Shown one piece after another: positions 63,856 through 64,000 of a DNA stretch of 64,000 nucleotides (position 1 is its first letter; each line of letters opens with the position of its first letter). This stretch comes from Thecamonas trahens ATCC 50062. Its lineage: Eukaryota; Protista; Apusomonadida. The stretch spans positions 124,001 to 188,000 of the forward strand of contig NW_013657664.1 of NCBI RefSeq assembly GCF_000142905.1, in the 5' to 3' direction. Position numbers and translations under genes: made by a program. The notes under the pieces are model-generated. The model was given only the letters and a program-made list of their open reading frames with translations. It was not told the origin of the DNA and searched no databases.

Positions 63856-64000
63856 GGACGTGTGCAAGAGAGCAAAGTGTGCGGGTGAGGGGGCTGTGTC
63901 AGGCCCTCGGCCGGTTGCGGGGTATGAGGACCGTAGGCGAGTGGGGAGATTAGAGAGCGGCGTGCAAGCTTCCTGTGAGGAAGCCTGAAGCAGTGGAGTG

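Noticed and set aside
1-64000. tRNA or rRNA genes
   Set aside because: No cloverleaf with a T-loop GTTC(G/A)A context and no rRNA-like conserved segments were recognised; tRNAscan-SE or Infernal would be needed to exclude them formally.

Overview
GC-rich, gene-dense, intron-poor eukaryotic nuclear DNA from a draft assembly with five N-gaps. The organism is a flagellated protist (BBS5, DRC4/GAS8, CFAP92) and not an opisthokont, because its EF-1alpha lacks the opisthokont insertion. An apusomonad such as Thecamonas is my inference, not something the sequence proves. About 30 protein genes are supported. Housekeeping genes include RPS10, RPS15A, SRP14, acetyl-CoA synthetase, BUD20/ZNF593, mL46, EF-1alpha, INTS6 and an Alba/RPP25-like protein. 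There are also ciliary genes, secreted hydrolases (S53 sedolisin, trefoil-GH15 glucoamylase) and kinases (divergent CK2-like, NEK). The most unusual genes are: (1) a probably myristoylated protein with six class III nucleotide-cyclase-fold domains in an (A-B)x3 arrangement with degenerate catalytic residues and a C-terminal GOLD domain; (2) a single-pass receptor with a LamG-like and Ig/cadherin-like ectodomain and a cytoplasmic RasGAP; (3) a Crinkler-like PD-(D/E)xK nuclease plus kinase gene; (4) a sororin-like protein; (5) a CAP plus 2xLIM protein with a short repeated motif. Non-coding signals include an identical 14-mer upstream of both ribosomal-protein genes, convergent gene pairs whose stops abut or overlap, and introns with distal branch sites and mostly no polypyrimidine tract. 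About 11 genes need an extra base, mostly in short C/G runs, to restore the reading frame; these are most likely homopolymer sequencing errors. All family assignments come from recognising motifs by eye; no searches were run.
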